A DNA stretch of 64,000 nt from assembly GCA_964016885.1 (NCBI GenBank), contig OZ024742.1:254634001-254698000 (forward strand), given 5' to 3'. This DNA is from Eledone cirrhosa. Taxonomy: Eukaryota. A program made the position numbers and the translations under genes. The notes below the pieces were generated by a model. It had not been told where the DNA came from. It saw only the letters and a program-made list of their open reading frames with translations, and ran no database searches. Below, piece after piece: positions 24,741 through 38,871 of the stretch; the first letter of the stretch is position 1, and each line of letters opens with the position of its first letter.

Positions 24741-26149
24741 TGTATGTATGTATGTATGTATGTATGTATGTATGTATGTATGTATGTATGTACATATGTT
24801 CTAACTCGAATGCAAGCCACTCAGAGGCACAGAAAAGCCCTCTCCGGCGTTCTCCAAAGGTTTCTTTGGATCCCCTTGGCAATTTATGGTTGATTCGAAA
24901 TATAAGCACTAATAGATATTTCCATAATAACATCTCAGATTTTTTCTTTTCCCTTTTGTCTTCTTCTTATCCACTCAATTTCACGTGAGTTTGTTTTCTG
25001 AATATTTACAACCCCATTTGTATTGTAGTAGCTTCTTAATCAAAACCCATATATCAGCCTGACATGTCAAACTTTCTTTCCCCTTTCCCATATAAAGCAT
25101 GAAACTAATAAGACTTTTTGTACCAGTATTTGTTGTTTCCTTGAACCTTATATATATGTATGTAAAAGGTAAATAGAAATTACAACACAATTGGTACAGT
25201 ATATGGAAGGAATATATTAGTTTAACACTTGAAATAGCAGGAAGAGGGCCTTAATGTTTTGGATGTTAGTCTTTCATCAGAAGAAAGAATGAGAAATTAG
25301 TTAGATTAACAGGACGGGTGGAGTGGAATTGGAAAAAAATGTCTTTAGATAAAAGTAACAGGTCCATTCATGTTGCCATCTCTTGAAAAACTGTTGATGC
25401 TGGCTTTTGTGTATGATATACTTTTTTAGAAAAGTGGATGATATACCATTTCTACCTGAAATGGAAAAAAAAAAACGTTTTGTATAAAGAGTTATACTTC
25501 TGCACTTGCATATGCGTGTGTATGTGTGTATATATATATATACACACACACACACATATATATATATGGTCTCCCGACCATTCCCGCATCAAATGGAACA
25601 AAACCATCTAAACCATACTAGCATGGAAGATCGACGTTAAACGATGATGATGATGATGATTATCATATATATATATATATGAAAATAAATTTGTGTATGT
25701 ATGTATATACATACACAAATTTATTTTCAATCTGTAAGCCACAGTTGCGCATCTGCCTAGCTAGATAATATACTTTTTAGAAGCACATATTTTGAAGGAT
25801 TAGATCATAGGGCATGTAACTTTGTTGTTATATTTTCTATAGACTCAGAAAATTAAAAAAAAATTGTATGCCGCCAAGCATAGCAATGGAGTTTGGAAAA
25901 TTTCCTGATTAGAAAAATAATTCATTTAGAGCATTTACGTATATTAGTAGATAATTACAAGAAAAATCATGTTTTTTAAGAAAACAAACAAGAAAACTTG
26001 TTTTGTTTGTGATACTCCTCAAATATCATCTTATTTGCTCAGGGGCAAGTATCTGCAATAAACATTCTTTCTCTGAATAACTGAATATTGCCAGTATCAT
26101 TTTAATACAATTTAACTTAAAAATAATGATTTCATATATTTTAGTTTGT

Positions 26150-26187
26150 TAATAAACCCGGCCAAGTCTGGGCAACACTGCCAGTAT
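26150..26187 (+). mobile_element. Possible degenerate Helitron 3' terminus
   Basis: Hairpin cccgg-ccaagt-ctggg about 10 nt before gccagt, resembling the CCCGG...CCGGG...GCTAGT Helitron end. Confidence 0.3.
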
Positions 26188-27064
26188 AAGTATTGCATCT
26201 TCTGCATGTATGTGTGTATATAGTAGCCAACGGTAATAGTGTGGAACCTCCCCTTCTCATCTTACCCCTTTATCCTACTCCGCTTCTCTGACACACAGAA
26301 CTCCAGCCATATGAGGCATCATGGTCCCAGATGCCATATTCTTCATTTATTTTATTCAGAGGCGAAATTACCAGCCTACATCCAGATTCATGGCAAACCC
26401 TTATATTTAGGAGACTATTCTGTTACTGGTATCAATCATTAGACTGTGGCCATACTGGGGCACTGCTCTTTTACTGGTTTCAGTCATTAGACTGTAGCTC
26501 TGCTGGAGCGTCATTAGATGGTGGCTGTGGTGAGGGCCACATCTTGAAGCCATTTAGTTGATCATATCAAATCTAGTTTTTATTTTTCTTAAAAATACAA
26601 TTAGAAGATAAGAGCCAGGTAACATTATCTAATTACCACTTAAAATTAAACACATGACAGAACCCATTGCAATTATAACTCTGCATGTCTTCTTCCTTCA
26701 TTTGAAATTTTAATTGTAAATAACTTTTTAACATTACAAATCATAGTTTTAGTGATTTCACCAGTATATTGTATTGTTAACACTAGTATGTAGAGTATAA
26801 CAGCAGTTTTTCGTTAAAACTAATATGCTAACTATAACAGCAGCATTCTGTTAACACAGTATGTTGACTATATCAATAGATTTCATTCTCAAATTGGCAA
26901 AACTATAAAGAAAATGGCGATGTATTTGTAGTTAAATATAACAATATAAAGAAAACAGCATGATATTTAGCTTCCTCTATGAGTAGAACAATTAAAATCA
27001 TTTGAATTAATGATTAAAAACTAAACAAAAGGAGTAAAAGAATTCCAAAACATCACACTTTCAA

Positions 27065-28330
27065 TCAGTTACACAGATGGGGTACATTTAAATAAGGGAA
27101 TATGGTGTGGAGCTACTGGTCTTTCAAAAATAATAATAGAGATATGAGCTTCCGATTACATCAGGATTTCATAATATTTGATGCAGCGTGCTGGGGAATT
27201 ATATTAGCCATATATTCAGCTAAGGAAATACCATGGGGAAAAGGCTTTCTATTCACTGATAGTTTATCAAACCTAGAACTGTTTCAACCAAAAAGAAAAG
27301 GTTGGGTTAGAGATATTGAGAGTACTCTGCTAAGAAGAGATAACTATCATTCAGAAAATAAACAAATAATAATGATTTGGATATCAGGCTATAAAGATAT
27401 TACGGAAATCAGATGAATTAGTAAAGGAGTGAGTAGAAAGGGAAATAAATCAATATAGGCTACATCCCAAATATATCATAAGTGAAATCATTTAGTAAAA
27501 ATATAATTAGTTAAGGGTGGAAAATATGTGGGTGAGTATCTTGAGATAAGCTCTCAAATTTCAATCCTCCTCTTTCTCAGCCATATTTATCAACATTTAA
27601 TCCTTTAGCATTTAAACTCGCTGTATCCAGCCAGAACTCTCATCTATTTTTTGTTCAAACTGGCTGTAACTGGTCGCTCATACCTACATTAAGGAATTGT
27701 TCTCAAAATAAATAACATAAAAATCTTGTAGATTCAATATTATGTGAAATAATTATGTAGAATAAAGCCTTTACTGTAAAAATATAATAGTAAATATAGA
27801 ATAATGTATAAGCTAAGGGGTTATAATACATCCGATACTAAGCAAATTTAATAAAAACAAGACTATGCTGGCTTGAATAGGACATATACCATTGAAATAT
27901 ATTTTATCATGACATTGCTGCAGAGAACCACCTCTATATTCTTGCGGAGACATCGCAGAAACTGTATGGAACTATTTGTTCCAATAAAAAATCTGTCATT
28001 TTGAGAAAGAGGACATCTTGAAGCAGATCATTAAAAGCAACAAAGATTGGAGATACAATTGTTTGTCAAAGATATACCAACTGTAAACAAAATTTCTGAG
28101 TTTAACGAAAAGATTCACAACAAAAACTTTTAGCTGCTTTACAGCTTCCTTTTTTCCCATTTTATCTTTTACCTTCTTGTTAAAGCTTCTATTGCCTCAC
28201 ATTGGCCTTGCTCCCTCTTCTTTATCTTGTTTTTGTTTCTCAACCGAAAGGGGTACAAGACACCTCCCCTAGTTTGCCATAGCTTACTATCTATATATGG
28301 ACATTTAAATCAATTAAATAAAACAAATAT
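27065..28330 (+). pseudogene. Decayed I-clade-like LINE RNase H/C-terminal fragment and 3' UTR, interrupted by a MITE (~27598-27822)
   Basis: YTDG, FTDSLS and WISGYKDI RNase H motifs. The 3' UTR aaaaacttttagctgcttt recurs at ~59721. Confidence 0.6.
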
Positions 28331-29289
28331 ATAAATAAATAACAGTAGTGCTCTTGCAGTATTTTTATGGTGTCATATAGAGAGAGCCTTGTAGAGTTTG
28401 TACAGACTCTGTGTTTTGAGTCAAATTTCAAATCACAGTTTTACTGTTATCATTGATATAGCTGATCTACAGACATTCCATAGTGTTATTCGAAACAACC
28501 ACCAAATATTAAAGATCAATGTGACATTTTGAATGTTTTATTTGCTGTCACCTTTGCGAGTCTCTCTCTCTCACACACACATACACATGCAACACGCTCC
28601 CATACACATGCACACACACACACATACACATGCAACATGTGCACACACACACACACACATGCACACATACACTCACATATACACAATCTTATAATCCCCT
28701 TTTCATAATGACATTTAATAACATGGGATTATTAAAAGAAAATGTTCACTGTTGTTGTTGCCACTACAATTAGCAGCAGCACAACCACCACAGCTTACTT
28801 CCTCCCTCATACTCATATAGACACATACTCACAGACATTCCTATATCTCATTCCTCTAATTCTCTCCATATTCATTTTCATCACTCCTCACTTTCTGTCA
28901 CATTCATCCTTTTTCAACACATAACTCAATTATCTCATTCCATTACTCTTCCCAGCATTCATCACTGGTTCTATTCCCATCACCCAGTCAGTTTCATCCT
29001 TCTTCAACACATAACCGAACAATCTCATTTTCATTTCTTTTCATAACATTCATCATTGGCTCTATTTCTCTCACACATTCACTTTCATCTTTATTCAACA
29101 CATAATCCAACTGTCACATTTCATTTCTCTTCATGACATTCTTTATTGACTCTTCTCCTATCATCTTCTGTGATTCATTGTTTAACTCCCAATCTTTCAG
29201 CAATAATCCACTAATCCACTGAAACATTCTCATTTCCATTTCCCCCCATCTTCTCTACTGCCCCACATTTATAACCTATGTCTTCCCCA

Positions 29290-30950
29290 CTGTCTCTGTT
29301 ACACCACATTCATCAACAATGACTTTCCCACCCCCTCTGTTATACCACATTCATCACCCCTGTTTCTTCCACATTCTCTGTAACACCACAATCATCATCC
29401 ATGTCTTCCCTATCATATCTGTTACACCACATTCATCACCCATGCCTCCCCCACCTTCTCTGTTACACCACATTCATCACCCATGCCACCCCCACCTTCT
29501 CAGTTACACCACATTCATCACCCATGCCTCCCCCACCTTCTCTGTTACACCACATTCATCACCCATGTCTCCCCCACCTTCTCTGTTACACCACATTCAT
29601 CACCCATGCCTCCCCCACCTTCTCAGTTACACCACATTCATCACCCATGCCTCCCCCACCCTCTCTGTTACACCACATTCATCACCCATGCCACCCCCAC
29701 CTTCTCTGTTACACCACATTCATCACCCATGCCACCCCCACCTTCTCAGTTACACCACATTCATCACCCATGCCTCCCCCACATTCTCAGATACACCACA
29801 TTCATCACCCATGCCTCCCCCACCTTCTCAGTTACACCACATTCATCACCCATGCCTCCCCCACCTTCTCTGTTACACCACATTCATCACCCATGCCTCC
29901 CCCACCCTCTCTGTTACACCACATTCATCACCCATGCCTCCCCCACCTTCTCAGTTACACCACATTCATCACCCATGCCTCCCCCACCTTCTCTGTTACA
30001 CCACATTCATCACCCATGTCTCCCCCACCTTCTCTGTTACACCACATTCATCACCCATGCCTCCCCCACCTTCTCAGTTACACCACATTCATCACCCATG
30101 TCTCCCCCACCTTCTCTGTTACACCACATTCATCACCCATGTCTCCCCCACCTTCTCTGTTACACCACATTCATCACCCATGCCTCCCCCACCTTCTCAG
30201 TTACACCACATTCATCACCCATGTCTCCCCCACCTTCTCTGTTACACCACATTCATCACCCATGCCTCCCCCACCCTCTCTGTTACACCACATTCATCAC
30301 CCATGCCACCCCCACCTTCTCAGTTACACCACATTCATCACCCATGCCTCCCCCACCTTCTCTGTTACACCACATTCATCACCCATGCCTCCCCCAACTT
30401 CTCTGTTACACCACATTCATCATCTATGTCTTCCTCACCCTCTCTGTTACACGACAATCATCACTAAGTCTTCCCCATCATCTCTGTTACACCACATTTA
30501 TCAGTTGTGTCTTCCCCACCCTCTCTGTTACACCACATTCCTCAAGAATGTCTTCCCCACCCTCTTTGTTACACCACATTCATCATCCATGTCTCCTCCA
30601 CATTCTCTATTACACCACATTCATCAAACAAGTCTTCCCACCCCTTCTGTTACACCACATTCATCAACCGAGTCTTCCCACCATCTCTGTTACACCACAT
30701 TCATCACCCAAGTCTTCCCCACCTTCTCTGTTACACCACATTCATCAACCACCTTCCCCACCACCTCTGTTATACCACATTCATCAACCGAGTCTTCCCA
30801 CAATCTCTGTTACACCACATTCATCACCCAAGTCTTCCCTACCTTCTCTGTTACACCACATTCATCAACCACCTTCCCCACCACCTCTGTTATACCACAT
30901 TCATCAACCAATCTTCCCACCATCTCTGATACACCACATTTATCAACCAT
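29290..30950. repeat. 41-bp minisatellite, ~40 copies, homogeneous core and diverged edges
   Basis: Unit gttacaccacattcatcacccatgcctcccccaccttctct with starts at 29421, 29462, 29503... Confidence 0.95.
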
Positions 30951-31119
30951 GTATCTCTATCAATTATAATTATTCTTGCTCCATGAGCCAATGCATGTAT
31001 CATATTATGTTCAGTTGTTGGCAAAATACTACATTCGAAGTCTTAACCAGTTTTTCTGTAAAATAAATAAGCAGAAGTATATCTGAAAAATATAAGGATT
31101 TTTTTATTGACGACTTTCA

Positions 31120-33392
31120 AGGATTATCTCCCCCTGGTGTATTGTTAGTGATAGCATTTATGAATTATCTGCCCTTGGTATATTGTTTGTGATGGGATTC
31201 ATGGATTATCAGTCCGTAGTTGGATTTCACAGATTGTCAGCCCCTCGTGTATTGTTAATGGTGGCATTCATGAATTATCTGCCCCTGGTGTATAATTAAT
31301 GATGGTATTCATTGATTAGCTGCCTCTGGTATATTGTTAGGGATGGCATTCATGAATTATCTTCCCTGGTGTATTGTTAGTGATGGAATTCATGAATTAT
31401 AATCCACTGGTCAACAGCCAAAATGGTTCTTACATGTGAATATGTGCCTCTTACTAATTTCATAGCACTAAATTCAGTTTTGATATTCATTTTTTGCTAT
31501 CAGACCAGAATGCCTTAATATGAGATCGAAAATATGTTCCTCGTATTGCATTATTTATCCATTGTGTAACATATGAATATAGACATATTAACTTATTAAT
31601 AAAAATATATAAACATATTTTTATATATTTTTTTAACACTTAGTATATTAACAAAACATTTCTGAACAATATTCTGAACATAACAAGATATTTCAAAACA
31701 TTTCTAAAAAAATTTCTGGATTTTGTTTTTACGCTTCTTTTGCTGGCTCTCCTCACGTCGCAGTGTCCAGCAGTAGTCACCCATCATGTTGGGATTGAAC
31801 CGACCCTGATACCTACTCTCCATTATGGCAATGTCCTGGTGAAACCTTTCTCCATGTTCATCACTGATGTCTCCTAGATTACTTGGGAAGAAATCCAGAT
31901 GAGAATGGAAAAAAATGAAGCTTCAACGACATTCGTGAACCCAGAGCGCGATAATTTTGTATCATGGTTTCAACAATTTCTTTATAGTTGTCTGGACGGT
32001 GGTTTCCAAGAAAGTTCTGTGTCACATCTACAAATGATTTCCATGCATTAGTCTCCAAAGGGTTTAGTGTTTTCGTAAACTCACTATCATTAACCAGTAT
32101 ACGAATCTGAGGACCATTCAAAACCTCTGCTTTTAACTTTGCTTCAGGTACCACTGTACACAATTTCTTACACAAGTACTGAAACCCATTACCTGTATGA
32201 TCCATGCTTTTAATAAAGTTTCTGGCCAAGCCTAATTTGGGATGTAATGGAGGGAGGAATACTTTTTCAGGATCCACGAGAGGTTTGTACAGACAGTTGA
32301 ATCTACCGGGTGCATCCTTTGGTCTTGTTGGCCAATCCTTCTTCATGTTGTGCTCCGCATCTGCTCTACTATTCCACGAACATAGAATACACATATGCTT
32401 TGTGTAACCAGTCTGAAGACCTAGAAGTAGACTAATTAAGTTGTTTATGACGATGACGAGCGGTTGTAATGCCGACGCCAGATTCCAGCAGGTTTCGTTG
32501 CTTTAGTCTTGATCCCAGGAGCTCTACCTTATCTTTAGACACATGTAGGTCTCTAATGAGATCGTGAAGAGATTCCTGGTTAAATGGTATGGGTTCACTT
32601 GTCTCATGTTCGTCTTGATAGTCATCATCAATAGGGGTGCTACTGGAATCAGAATCAGAGATTAGCTCGTGTTCAGCAGGTGGAACTGGAACAGGTAATT
32701 CGTCACTGTGAGGTACTGGTTGGATTGCTGTCGAGATATCGGGGTATTGAAGTGTAGTTTGTGTCTTCAGAGTTATTCCTTGGATGTTTATATGGCAGAA
32801 GTAGCAATCGTTATTGTGGTCTTTGGTTCTCGCCACACTGAGGCGCCCATTTCTTGTCTTCGTCTACTAATGGACATTTGAAGTAGCATTTGTAGTTTAC
32901 TCGAACTGCTTTTGTGATTGGTTTCTTTATGCTTTCTGGGGTAAAGAGTCCACAAATATAGCAAAATCGGTCCGGGTCATTTACACATTTCCAGTGTTCC
33001 GTCTCTCCCACTAGTCAAAGTTGTTGTGAATTATCCAAGAATAGCTGAGGATAGTTACAATTCTGTGATCTGAAACAAAAGCAGTAAGTATAAATTAGTT
33101 AACAACTAAATATAGTGGATACAATTGGATGAAGTAATATGAGCCACGTAGCTATGAGTCATAAACATGGATATGCTGGTTCTTGAAAACTAGACCCGAT
33201 ACAGCTTAACCGTTGTCATATTCAGATTCTGCACACTTGATTACCCTAGAATCATACTAAATTATACCACAACCATGAAATGAATATTTTTTTGTTGACC
33301 AGTGTATTGTTAGTGATGGCATTCATGGATTATCTGTCCCTAGTGTATTGTTAGTGATGACATGAATGGATTATCTGCCCCTGGTGTATTGT
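31120..33392. repeat. ~41-bp minisatellite split by a DNA transposon (31120-31404 and 33305-33392)
   Basis: Unit tgtattgttagtgatggcattcatgaattatctgcccctgg occurs on both sides of the insertion. Confidence 0.85.
31405..33304 (-). mobile_element. CMC/Chapaev-3-like DNA transposon, internally deleted and frameshifted
   Basis: TIRs CACTGGTCAACA / TGTTGACCAGTG. Transposase pieces: FCYICG, DCYFC, DLIRDL...ELLGSRLKQRNLL, GLQTGYTKHMCILC, LPPLHPKLGL, GPQIR, SDEHGERFHQDI, DYCW. Confidence 0.8.
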
Positions 33393-34669
33393 AAATGGAA
33401 CCATCTGCTCCTGATTTCTATCAACAGAGAGTCAATACAAAGTTTACATTTCACTGTTATATTTCAAATGTTGCCACGTGATGAATTGACAAATAGAACT
33501 AATATATTTGAAGTTCTTTTCTTCTATTCAGACAGGAATGAAGATAGGAGAAAAAGAGAACTGAGACCCCTACAGCCAGTAATTCCTTGTCAGCTGTGTT
33601 CAGGAAATAGCTTCTATTTTCAGTTGAAATAATTTTACAGTCTGAATGATTTGGTATCATGAAATTTTTTGAAGCTTATAATGGTGTCTGCTTTCTATAT
33701 AACATAACTCTTTGATATTGAAATGATGTGCTAACATATGTAATGGGGCTAGGAAGGGCATCCTGTTGTAGAAACCATGTAAAAAAGGGTTGAAAGGACC
33801 CTTTTATTATGACATACTGACCTCTCTAGTGCTGATGGACGAAAAATGCACCCACTATACCTTATAATGTGGATGGTGTTTATCATTTGTAGAAACCATA
33901 CCAAAAAGGGTTGAAAGGACCATTCAGTTGTGACAGTTCCTCTTATCTAGTCTGATTAAGTTCTGACATGGCCTGTGACAAGCCATCCATCCCTTGCTAA
34001 CAAGGATGATGATGATGATCATGATGGTGACACTGATCATGATGATGATGATGATCATGATGGTGGTGGTGGTTGTGGTGACAATGATGATGAAGATGAT
34101 AATGAAGGTGATGATGATGCTCAAAATTCAATGAAGGAGCTTTTGCGTGTTTCCTACAGAATGTAAAAATGATGATGAAAATGATGTTGCTAGTGTTGGT
34201 TAAGTGTCTGTAATATGATGTGGTCAAGCCAGATGACTATACAATTTTCCTCCTACATACATCAAATCATATGTTTAATATAGAAATATTCAATTTTTGA
34301 CATCATGCATGGCAGAATTTATTGAATGAATATGATCTGAAGAGAGAAGAGGAGATGAAAGATGATAAAAGCAAGTCAATATTTTGTTTTAAATAATAAT
34401 GTCTTGTGGTGTATTTATTATGTCTGACAAATAATATTAACTTTTAAAGAACACTAAAGTACAGTATTAGTGCAAAGGCATGAACGTTTTTCAATGGTTC
34501 CTAAATAAAAATATAACAAAAGATAAAGAAATCTTTTAGAGAGTATCGATCATGAATTTAAAATCATAATTGAGAATGAAGGAGTCTAACTCTCTGGAGA
34601 AGAAACCTATGTATGGTTAATAAATGAAGTTAATAGAACATTAACATTAGAAACTTCTAGATGTCTTCT

Positions 34670-34933
34670 TTAACCCTTTTATTACCATAAATTTAATGAA
34701 CTCCAATGCCTATGATTTTAAAATAATTTAGAAAATAATAAAGAATTTAAAAGGACTTAGTAATATAATTAAATTTCCCATTATTCATCTGGTATTTGGA
34801 ACATAATTTAATAATAATTCTTACAGAAAATTCTGGTGGGAGATTTTTAGATATATATAAACACCCCCAACCAAACAGTTTTGTATCATAGAGCCATGGC
34901 TGTTTTCAGGTGTGTCAGTATCAAAAGGGTTAA
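34670..34933. mobile_element. piggyBac-type MITE (related copies ~44010-44240, 51420-51740, 52128-52535, 53006-53268, 54050-54270)
   Basis: ttaa-ccctttt...aaaaggg-ttaa: TTAA boundaries with short CCCTTT TIRs and a shared internal sequence. Confidence 0.7.
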
Positions 34934-36032
34934 TATTGCAATAGAACAAGTTTTTAAAGGCCACTTTCACTGACAAAGTAGGAGTTAGTTGTGTGGGCCC
35001 CATGACAGGTATTTCCACTTTGACCTATGGTCTGCATCTCCCCTCATCAACCCTTAGTTTTCATTTCAGCTTCCATCATCACAATTCATGACTTTCTTAG
35101 CCTTCCTCTTCTTTTATTTTGTTCAATCTTCGTTTCCACCTATACTCTCATCCAGTCATCCTTCCTCAACACATGACCTAACCATCTCATTACATTTCTC
35201 TTCATGTTACCCATTGGTTCTATTTCTCTCACCTAGTCTCTTTCATCCTTCCTCAACACATGACCCAAATATCTCACACCATTTCTCTTCATATCAATCA
35301 TCACAGCCTCTATTCGTCTCACTCAGTCCTTTTCATCCTTCCTCAATGCATGACCCAAACATCTCATTTCTCTTCACAACATTCCTCATTGGTTCTGTTC
35401 CTCTTTTTAATCATCCTCAACACTTGAACCAAACATCTCACTCTATTTTTCTCTTCATAAGATTCCTCGTTGGTTCTATTCCTCTCACCTAGTCTCTTTC
35501 ATCCTTTCTCAATATATGACCCAACCATCTCATGCCATTTCTCTTCACATTATTCCCCATTGGTTCTCTTCCTCTCACCCAGTCTCTCTACAATTTCTTC
35601 TTTGTCTTCTTTCTCAGTGATACTTCACTCATCCACAGACTATTTTCATTTCATTTCTTTCCATCCTTTTCTGGAACGTATCACTCATGAATTCAAAACC
35701 ATAATTGAGAATGAAGGAGACTAACTCTCTGGAGAAGAAACCTATGTTTGGTTAATAGCAGAAGACAATAGAACGTTGACAATAGAAATTTTTAGATGTC
35801 TTCTTTTAACATTGCACTAGAACATTAGTAATGGAATAGACAAACTTTTCCAAAAGAATAAAAGTAATAATTATAACATCTGCTATATTATTATAGTATT
35901 CTGGTTTATTTTTGGAGTTTGTTTTTGTTTTGTTTCTTCTTTTGGGGTTGTTGTTGTTGTTGTTTTGTTTTCTTATTTACTAATGAACATCAGAATATTT
36001 ACTAATGTAATTATTCATTACAAAGAAACAAG

Positions 36033-36065
<33 letters not shown>

Positions 36066-36119
36066 AACATATGTGTAACTCTCTCTCCCCCTCCTCTCTC
36101 TCTCTCTCTCCCTCTCTCT

Positions 36120-36196
<77 letters not shown>

Positions 36197-36382
36197 AAGA
36201 AAGTGGGAGAGAGAGTGCTATACACACACATTTAAACATGTGTCTTATGTAGACCTGTCCAACCCTTGCTAGCAAGGAAAGCAAATGTTAAATGGTAATG
36301 ATGATAATATATATATATGTATGTATATATATAAATATGTGTGTGTGTGTATCTATATATCTATCTATCTCTCTCTCTCTCA

Positions 36383-36460
<78 letters not shown>

Positions 36461-36874
36461 GCGTGTGTGTGCAAATATTCATAATTGTATCTGCCTTTAC
36501 TTTTTTATATTATGTTTAAGTTATAACTACTACTACTACTATCACCTGTACTGCTACAGCTACTATAGATAATAGACAGAGAGAGGCAGATAGGTATACA
36601 AATATATATTCGAGCCATATTTGTGAGAGAAGTTGGGCAGGCAGGAACTGTGTTGTGGCCCATCAGATGTATTGTACTTATTATTGAAAGAGCCAGCCTT
36701 GTCACATATTCTGTCATACAGAATCATCATTATCATTGCTTAATGTCTACTTTCCCTACTTAAAATGAAGGTACTGACCCCACAGAGGCTGGGATCATGA
36801 CTCTCATTTACATTTGTGCACCTATCAAATGTCTAGATAGGCTTGCTGCCCACACCTTGCTTACATACCAATAT

Positions 36875-37200
36875 TGTCCACAGTAACTATGGAAATCTTT
36901 GGACACTCCATCAACAATGACCACAGAAGCTATGGAAATCCATGGACAAACCACCAACATCATCCTTAGTCACTATGGAAATCCATGGACACACAGCCAA
37001 CATCATCACAGCCAACATCATCCTTAGTCACTATGGAAATCCATGGACACACCAGTAACATCATCCTTAGTCACTATGGAAATCCATGGACACACCAGTA
37101 ACATCATCCTTAGTCACTATGGAAATCCCTGGACACACCAGTAACATCATCCTTAGTAACTATGGAAATCCATGGAGACTCCCCCAACATCGTCCACAGT
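36875..37200. repeat. 43-bp minisatellite
   Basis: Unit ctatggaaatccatggacacaccagtaacatcatccttagtca (starts 37031, 37074...). Confidence 0.9.
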
Positions 37201-37634
37201 AATTGTGTCAATTAAAGAGTCAAATATTAGTATTTTAATTCTAGTGCAAAATTAATCTTTTTAAGCTAAAATATGCAATGTTTGCCAATTGAAGTAAGCT
37301 CAATACCTAATGCTATAACAATCAATAGTTTGCAACAGGCCAAATAAGCTAGTTCAAATAACGATAATGGTTTCTGATTTGGGCATAAGGCCAACAATTT
37401 GTGCGTGTGAGGGGGTCGATTAAATCTACCCCATGCAATACAAGTACTTTATTTTGTCAACCAATAATAATAATTTATGAGTGAAATCTCAAATACCAAT
37501 AATATAAAAAATGGCATGAATGGGTCTTGAACCAATGCTGATGGTTCTATGTCTGGCAGATATCCCACAGGGTGGTTATGACCATTATTATGTGACTGCA
37601 ACAAGAAAAAAAGGTGCCCAAATGATATCTATGT

Positions 37635-38870
37635 TTGATATGGAATGTTACTTTAAGAGCAACCCAGTTGATGAAAATAGTATCCCACAAACGGGTGATA
37701 TACACTTGCAGAACACCGAATGGAATGAGAGGGAGATATTTCTAACAACTGATCAGCATCTCTGTGATCAAACCAGGGTATTAAGAAAAAATGGGTAGTT
37801 AATGGAACTAGAATTGGAGGAATCAAAAGGAAAATACAGGTTGATATCAGCAATGAGGAAAGTATGAATGGAAAAATTGATGAAAATGGGAAACTTGAAA
37901 GGGGTAAAAGTAAGCCTACAGAAAATGAAGAAAGAGTGATTGGTACTGGAAAACATTATCTTCATCACCATCCTTTTTACATCCATTTTTCCATGTTTGC
38001 ATGGAAGAATTAAACACGGAAAATCAAAATGTTGTCAGAGAAATTTTTGAAATGATGAAAAAGAGGGAATTCCCAGATTACAAAGATTTCAAAAAGGTGG
38101 ATATTGGTGTCTTGTAAATCATGACAGGCAAAGTGAATTGATTACTTTGGTACATAGAAATAGGAGATATTACAGAAATAAATGATTAAATCAGGACTGG
38201 AACTACATATGTGGCAAAGACTGAAGATCAGAAAGAAGGAAAAAAATTGCCTTTCTTTTCTTTTTGTTTTATACATAATACTGGTATCACTAATGCTGTG
38301 AAGAACTGCTATGGGATTTGAATGGTGTGAGAGACAGCTGACAATCAACAATTTCCTTTCCATGGATGCTTGCATGCCATTTCACAAGAACTAGAATCAA
38401 ATTGATTCATTGGTGAATACAGTGTATCTCTACAATAATGATATAGGTATATAATTTGACACTAGGAATCGTGATGTATTTGTGATGTAAAGAGGGAAGG
38501 TAATTATAACTGATGGGCTAGCACTGCCTAATGAACAAGTGATAAAGGCCATTGAGAAGAATAGATAGAAGTATCTTGGGATATTGGAGATGGATAAAGT
38601 AAAGAAGATCAAAATGAAGGAATATTTTACAACCAGGAGATTGAGGCTGGTATTTGACTCAGAATTGAAAGGCAGGAAGAAGATCACAACAATAAATACA
38701 TAGGCTGTTGCAATTTTGCCATATGGAGTAGGTATGCAGAAGTGGACACAGGATAAGGTCAAAGAATTGAACAGGAAAACAAGGAAGAAAATAACAATAT
38801 CTGGAATTTGAAATCTGAACAGTGATGTAGATAGACGATATATACCAAGAAACAAAGGAAGGAGGGGACG
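37635..38870 (+). pseudogene. Old, deleted R4/Dong-like relic (further scraps at ~48250-48420 and ~63230-63370)
   Basis: MECYFKSNP...EWNE...DQTRVLRKNG*LMELELEE and KYLGILE...RKTRK...SDVDRRY are homologous to the intact ORF at 1145-4537. Confidence 0.75.
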
Positions 38871-38871
38871 T

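Noticed and set aside
25681-25728. Short palindrome next to (TA)n (similar ~12894-12921)
   Set aside because: Too short and low-complexity to assign; no ribozyme or TIR family evidence.
29319-31066. Three long His/Pro/Ser-rich ORFs (382-527 aa)
   Set aside because: Translations of a 41-bp minisatellite lacking plus-strand stops; all three frames are open and cycle through the same peptides.
36875-37200. CRISPR-like regular repeats (also 13.1k, 31.1k)
   Set aside because: No unique spacers, no cas genes, eukaryotic context; ordinary minisatellites.
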